Positions 63,880-64,000 of a stretch of DNA of 64,000 nt are shown here, piece by piece; the stretch's first letter is position 1; the number at the start of each line of letters is the position of its first letter. A program made the translations under genes and the position numbers. The notes below the pieces were generated by a model. The model did not search any database. It saw only the letters and a program-made list of their open reading frames with translations, and was not told where the DNA came from. Source of the DNA: an uncultured Lachnospiraceae bacterium (GTDB lineage Bacteria; Bacillota; Clostridia; Lachnospirales; Lachnospiraceae); assembly GCA_910577045.1 (NCBI GenBank), contig CAJTLB010000009.1:19561-83560 (forward strand). The letters run 5' to 3'.

Positions 63880-64000
63880 TTATTGGTAAGTAATAAATTC
63901 ATTTCCTGCCCTTTGGAATAATTCTGTCCCATCCTCCAACCCTATTCGATATGCTTTCCGCCCACTAGTATCCAAAAGGACTGCATTGTATGCGTCAAAA
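63880..64000 (-). CDS. C-terminal 39 codons of an unidentified protein that enters from the right window edge
   Basis: The minus-strand frame reads ...FDAYNAVLLDTSGRKAYRIGLEDGTELFQRAGNEFITYQ* and is open to the window edge. No family assignment is possible. Confidence 0.3.
   Translation of the reverse strand, partial: FDAYNAVLLDTSGRKAYRIGLEDGTELFQRAGNEFITYQ

Overview
This is a 64-kb chromosomal window from a low-GC Firmicute. Gene content (CW_binding_1 surface protein, sortase B, type III glutamine synthetase, NifS/NifU) points to Clostridia, possibly a Lachnospiraceae-like gut anaerobe, but the taxon is inference only. There are about 60 genes, more than 85% on the minus strand, and most are housekeeping. 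They include a ywlC(tsaC)-PTP-rpiB-upp-comEB block, uvrC, add, ftsH, murE-dapF, an Rrf2 regulator with cysK and nifS-nifU, rlmD, yhaM, mutS2, an OmpR/HK pair, trmL, nth, tRNA-Leu(UAA), GS-III, srtB and fba.

Five things stand out.
1. An accessory islet (about 32.95-41.9 kb) carries a 2088-aa fusion protein: SWIM, transglutaminase-like, DUF4011, Upf1-like SF1 helicase, Vsr-like nuclease, DUF3320. Beside it are a PC4/YdbC-like ssDNA binder, a candidate type I toxin-antitoxin, a small Zn-ribbon protein and a Uma2 endonuclease.
2. Three dispersed copies of a structured non-coding element of about 165 nt each sit just 5' of a gene start. Its 3' end looks like a type I-C CRISPR repeat terminus.
3. 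FtsH is fused in frame to a GH43 domain.
4. A second mobile-element scar (22.1-23.6 kb) carries an Rpn-like nuclease.
5. Several enzymes have degenerate catalytic motifs (LMW-PTP-like, HtrA-like), and there is a truncated GH28 gene.

No rRNA, CRISPR array, cas gene or intact transposase/integrase was seen. Hand-called small features (small ORFs, hairpins, promoters) may be off by a few nt. The ORF track uses ATG/GTG/TTG starts, and I trimmed several starts to the ATG or TTG that has a Shine-Dalgarno.
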